Origin: Saprospiraceae bacterium
Lineage (GTDB): Bacteria; Bacteroidota; Bacteroidia; Chitinophagales; Saprospiraceae
Length of the DNA stretch: 64,000 bases
Assembly: GCA_029251525.1 (NCBI GenBank)
Contig: JAQXDE010000048.1
Coordinates: forward strand, 42,515-106,514
Direction: 5' to 3'
Positions 62,786-64,000 of the stretch are shown here, piece by piece. Made by a program: the position numbers and the translations under genes. Every line of letters begins with the position of its first letter. Positions within the stretch are counted from its first letter, which is position 1. The notes beneath the pieces were generated by a model. It did not search any database. It saw only the letters and a list, made by a program, of their open reading frames with translations, and was not told where the DNA came from.

Positions 62786-63100
62786 TATTTGATCACTACT
62801 TTTTTATGAATGACTTGTTGATCGGATTTTAGCTAAATGATATAAGTTCCACCTGGTAATTTTCAAACTGAAAGTTTTAGTCAATTGACCTGAGGTAAAA
62901 CCTACCTCTTACTTATGAATACTTTGTCCAGTAATAATTAAATTATTGTGAAGATCATTTTTTGGCTTTCCTTTGAATACAACGGTAAATTGCCCATCAT
63001 TTGGGGTTGGAATTAATAAAAAATTCTTTTAATGCATCAATTTTATTAGAAGCTTTTGTCAATACAATTACAGTTTAAAATGTTTTTGTTCGACAATCAT
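62786..63100 (-). pseudogene. Remnant of a T9SS C-terminal sorting domain (decayed)
   Basis: Minus strand reads IPTPNDGQFTVVFKGKPKNDLHNNLIITGQSIHK*EVGFTSGQLTKTFSL, then (shifted frame) KLPGGTYII*LKSDQQVIHKKVVIK*. These are typical Por_Secre_tail blocks (PNPxxGxFTV...; LxxGxYxxxL...K) broken by TAA, a frameshift and TAG. No upstream body is present. Confidence 0.45.
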
Positions 63101-63262
63101 TTGTCACAGTTAAGGTTACGATACAAGTTACTGTTGCGTCATAATCGTGTATTGGTGTTCATTTAGGGAGATATCCAAAAATACGACAGGAGTTGTACCT
63201 GAATATGCAAATAAAGAGACAGTTGGTGATTTTATACCAAGACATCTCGTGATTTTTTTGCC

Positions 63263-64000
63263 TTATGGCCTCAATATTACCAAGCGTCTGGTGGCCAAAG
63301 TTTTACCTTTTTCATTTACTAAACTATATAAGTAAGTTCCTTTTTTAAAGTTATTTATATCTAGTTGAATAGTATCTACAGAGTTGTTAAAGTCATAATT
63401 ATTACTCCAAACTTTTACTCCCAAAATATTATAAATATTTAAATCATATTTTCCATTTGGAATATTTATAACATCAAACCTCACCTGATCAATTGCGGGA
63501 TTCGGGTATGCATAAATGTTTGGTTTCTGATCATATAATTTGATAATACCTACTGTGTTCGGGTCAGTTGATTTGTATTGAGCATTAGTTGGGGCATCGG
63601 TAATTGGATCTGCCGTAATAATTGCAATTGGTTCTTTTGATTCATCATTATAATAACGATAAGTCAAGGTTGTATCTCCACCTAGAAGAGGGCTAATTCC
63701 TCCTAAAAAACCAGTTACATCTACCCAGATTGCAGGAAATCCAGGGAGGGTAGGAACTAATGCTTGCACACTTGTTTCCGTTATATCTAACCTTCGAACC
63801 CTAAGTACATCATAAGTTCCAACTGGTAAAATCACTTTTCCCCAAGCATCTACTGTCTCAGTTCGAGTGGTAGTAACTTCAATTGCAATTGAATCGGGAG
63901 TCGTCGGCAATGGTAAACTATCTGTAAACATTGCAGGTAAATCACTCCATGCGAATGGAACCGAAACAAATGAAGATGAATTATTATCATCGTCATAATT
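63263..64000 (-). CDS. T9SS C-terminal-domain-containing secreted protein, 5'-partial. The N-terminus lies beyond the window end.
   Basis: The frame is open from 63931 through 64000. The C-terminal ~80 aa (YAYPNPAIDQVRFDV...GTYLYSLVNEKGKTLATRRLVILRP) match the T9SS sorting domain. Confidence 0.65.
   Translation of the reverse strand, partial: NYDDDNNSSSFVSVPFAWSDLPAMFTDSLPLPTTPDSIAIEVTTTRTETVDAWGKVILPVGTYDVLRVRRLDITETSVQALVPTLPGFPAIWVDVTGFLGGISPLLGGDTTLTYRYYNDESKEPIAIITADPITDAPTNAQYKSTDPNTVGIIKLYDQKPNIYAYPNPAIDQVRFDVINIPNGKYDLNIYNILGVKVWSNNYDFNNSVDTIQLDINNFKKGTYLYSLVNEKGKTLATRRLVILRP

Noticed and set aside
1-64000. CRISPR arrays, rRNA, tRNA, transposases, integrases other than xerD, and phage or defence-system genes
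   Set aside because: No arrays of regularly spaced repeats. No IS-like inverted terminal repeats around an ORF. xerD looks like the housekeeping recombinase (single copy between lptB-linked genes and aat). No recognisable RM/Abi/CBASS-type proteins.

Overview
This 64-kb window is low-GC (roughly one-third G+C by eye) and consistent with a Bacteroidetes chromosome, most likely Flavobacteriia. Supporting signs are many lipoprotein 'SC' signal peptides, T9SS C-terminal sorting domains, a Bacteroidetes-type three-subunit succinate dehydrogenase, TonB/ExbD-type remnants and no Shine-Dalgarno sequences. Coding density is high, and most ORFs are recognisable core or catabolic genes.

Main content, in order:
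- 1.2-10.2 kb: a phenylacetate (paa) catabolic cluster, paaE-paaA-paaB-paaC-paaD-paaI-thiolase-paaZ, with an unusually long PaaZ.
- 10.6-14.0 kb: a giant FG-GAP/ASPIC (CRTAC1-like) lipoprotein.
- 14.0-16.3 kb: an AT-rich, gene-poor islet.
- 16.3-19.0 kb: a GT39/ArnT-like glycosyltransferase and an As(III) SAM-methyltransferase (ArsM).
- 19.6-29.5 kb: enoyl-CoA hydratase, a DUF1232 protein, an exbD pseudogene, di-haem cytochrome c peroxidase, sucB (E2), a metallophosphoesterase, and a TRAP transporter (dctQM, with dctP on the opposite strand).
- 29.6-45.5 kb: a decayed LytTR response regulator, an NfeD-flotillin pair, a DMT transporter, lptB, xerD, aat, an M23 peptidase, bcp, comF, htrA and an M28 peptidase.
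- 46.6-56.8 kb: htpG, sdhCAB (minus strand), RNase R and coaX.
- 57.0-64.0 kb: a DUF1800/DUF1501 pair, a GbsR-like regulator and T9SS cargo genes.

I found no CRISPR array, rRNA, tRNA, transposase or recognisable phage or defence system.

The parts that known features do not explain:
1. A 1.15-kb ORF-free gap upstream of htpG carries two tandem ~93-nt elements with the same two-hairpin structure and an identical C-rich loop. The differences between the copies keep the stems paired, and a terminator follows the second copy. This looks like a candidate structured sRNA family.
2. A hairpin plus a run of 13 Ts sits immediately 5' of the htpG start codon.
3. The 2.3-kb AT-rich islet contains an ORF interrupted by an in-frame TAG and bracketed by 14-bp direct repeats.
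4. Several genes carry in-frame nonsense codons (exbD, the islet ORF, a T9SS CTD remnant), and a LytTR regulator is fragmented by frameshifts. Together these indicate ongoing pseudogenisation.
5. PaaZ carries an extra C-terminal DinB/DUF1569-like domain.
6. A DUF1501 protein combines a Tat signal peptide with a T9SS C-terminal domain.

All calls rest on reading motifs in the translated ORFs and the nucleotide sequence by eye. No database searches were run.
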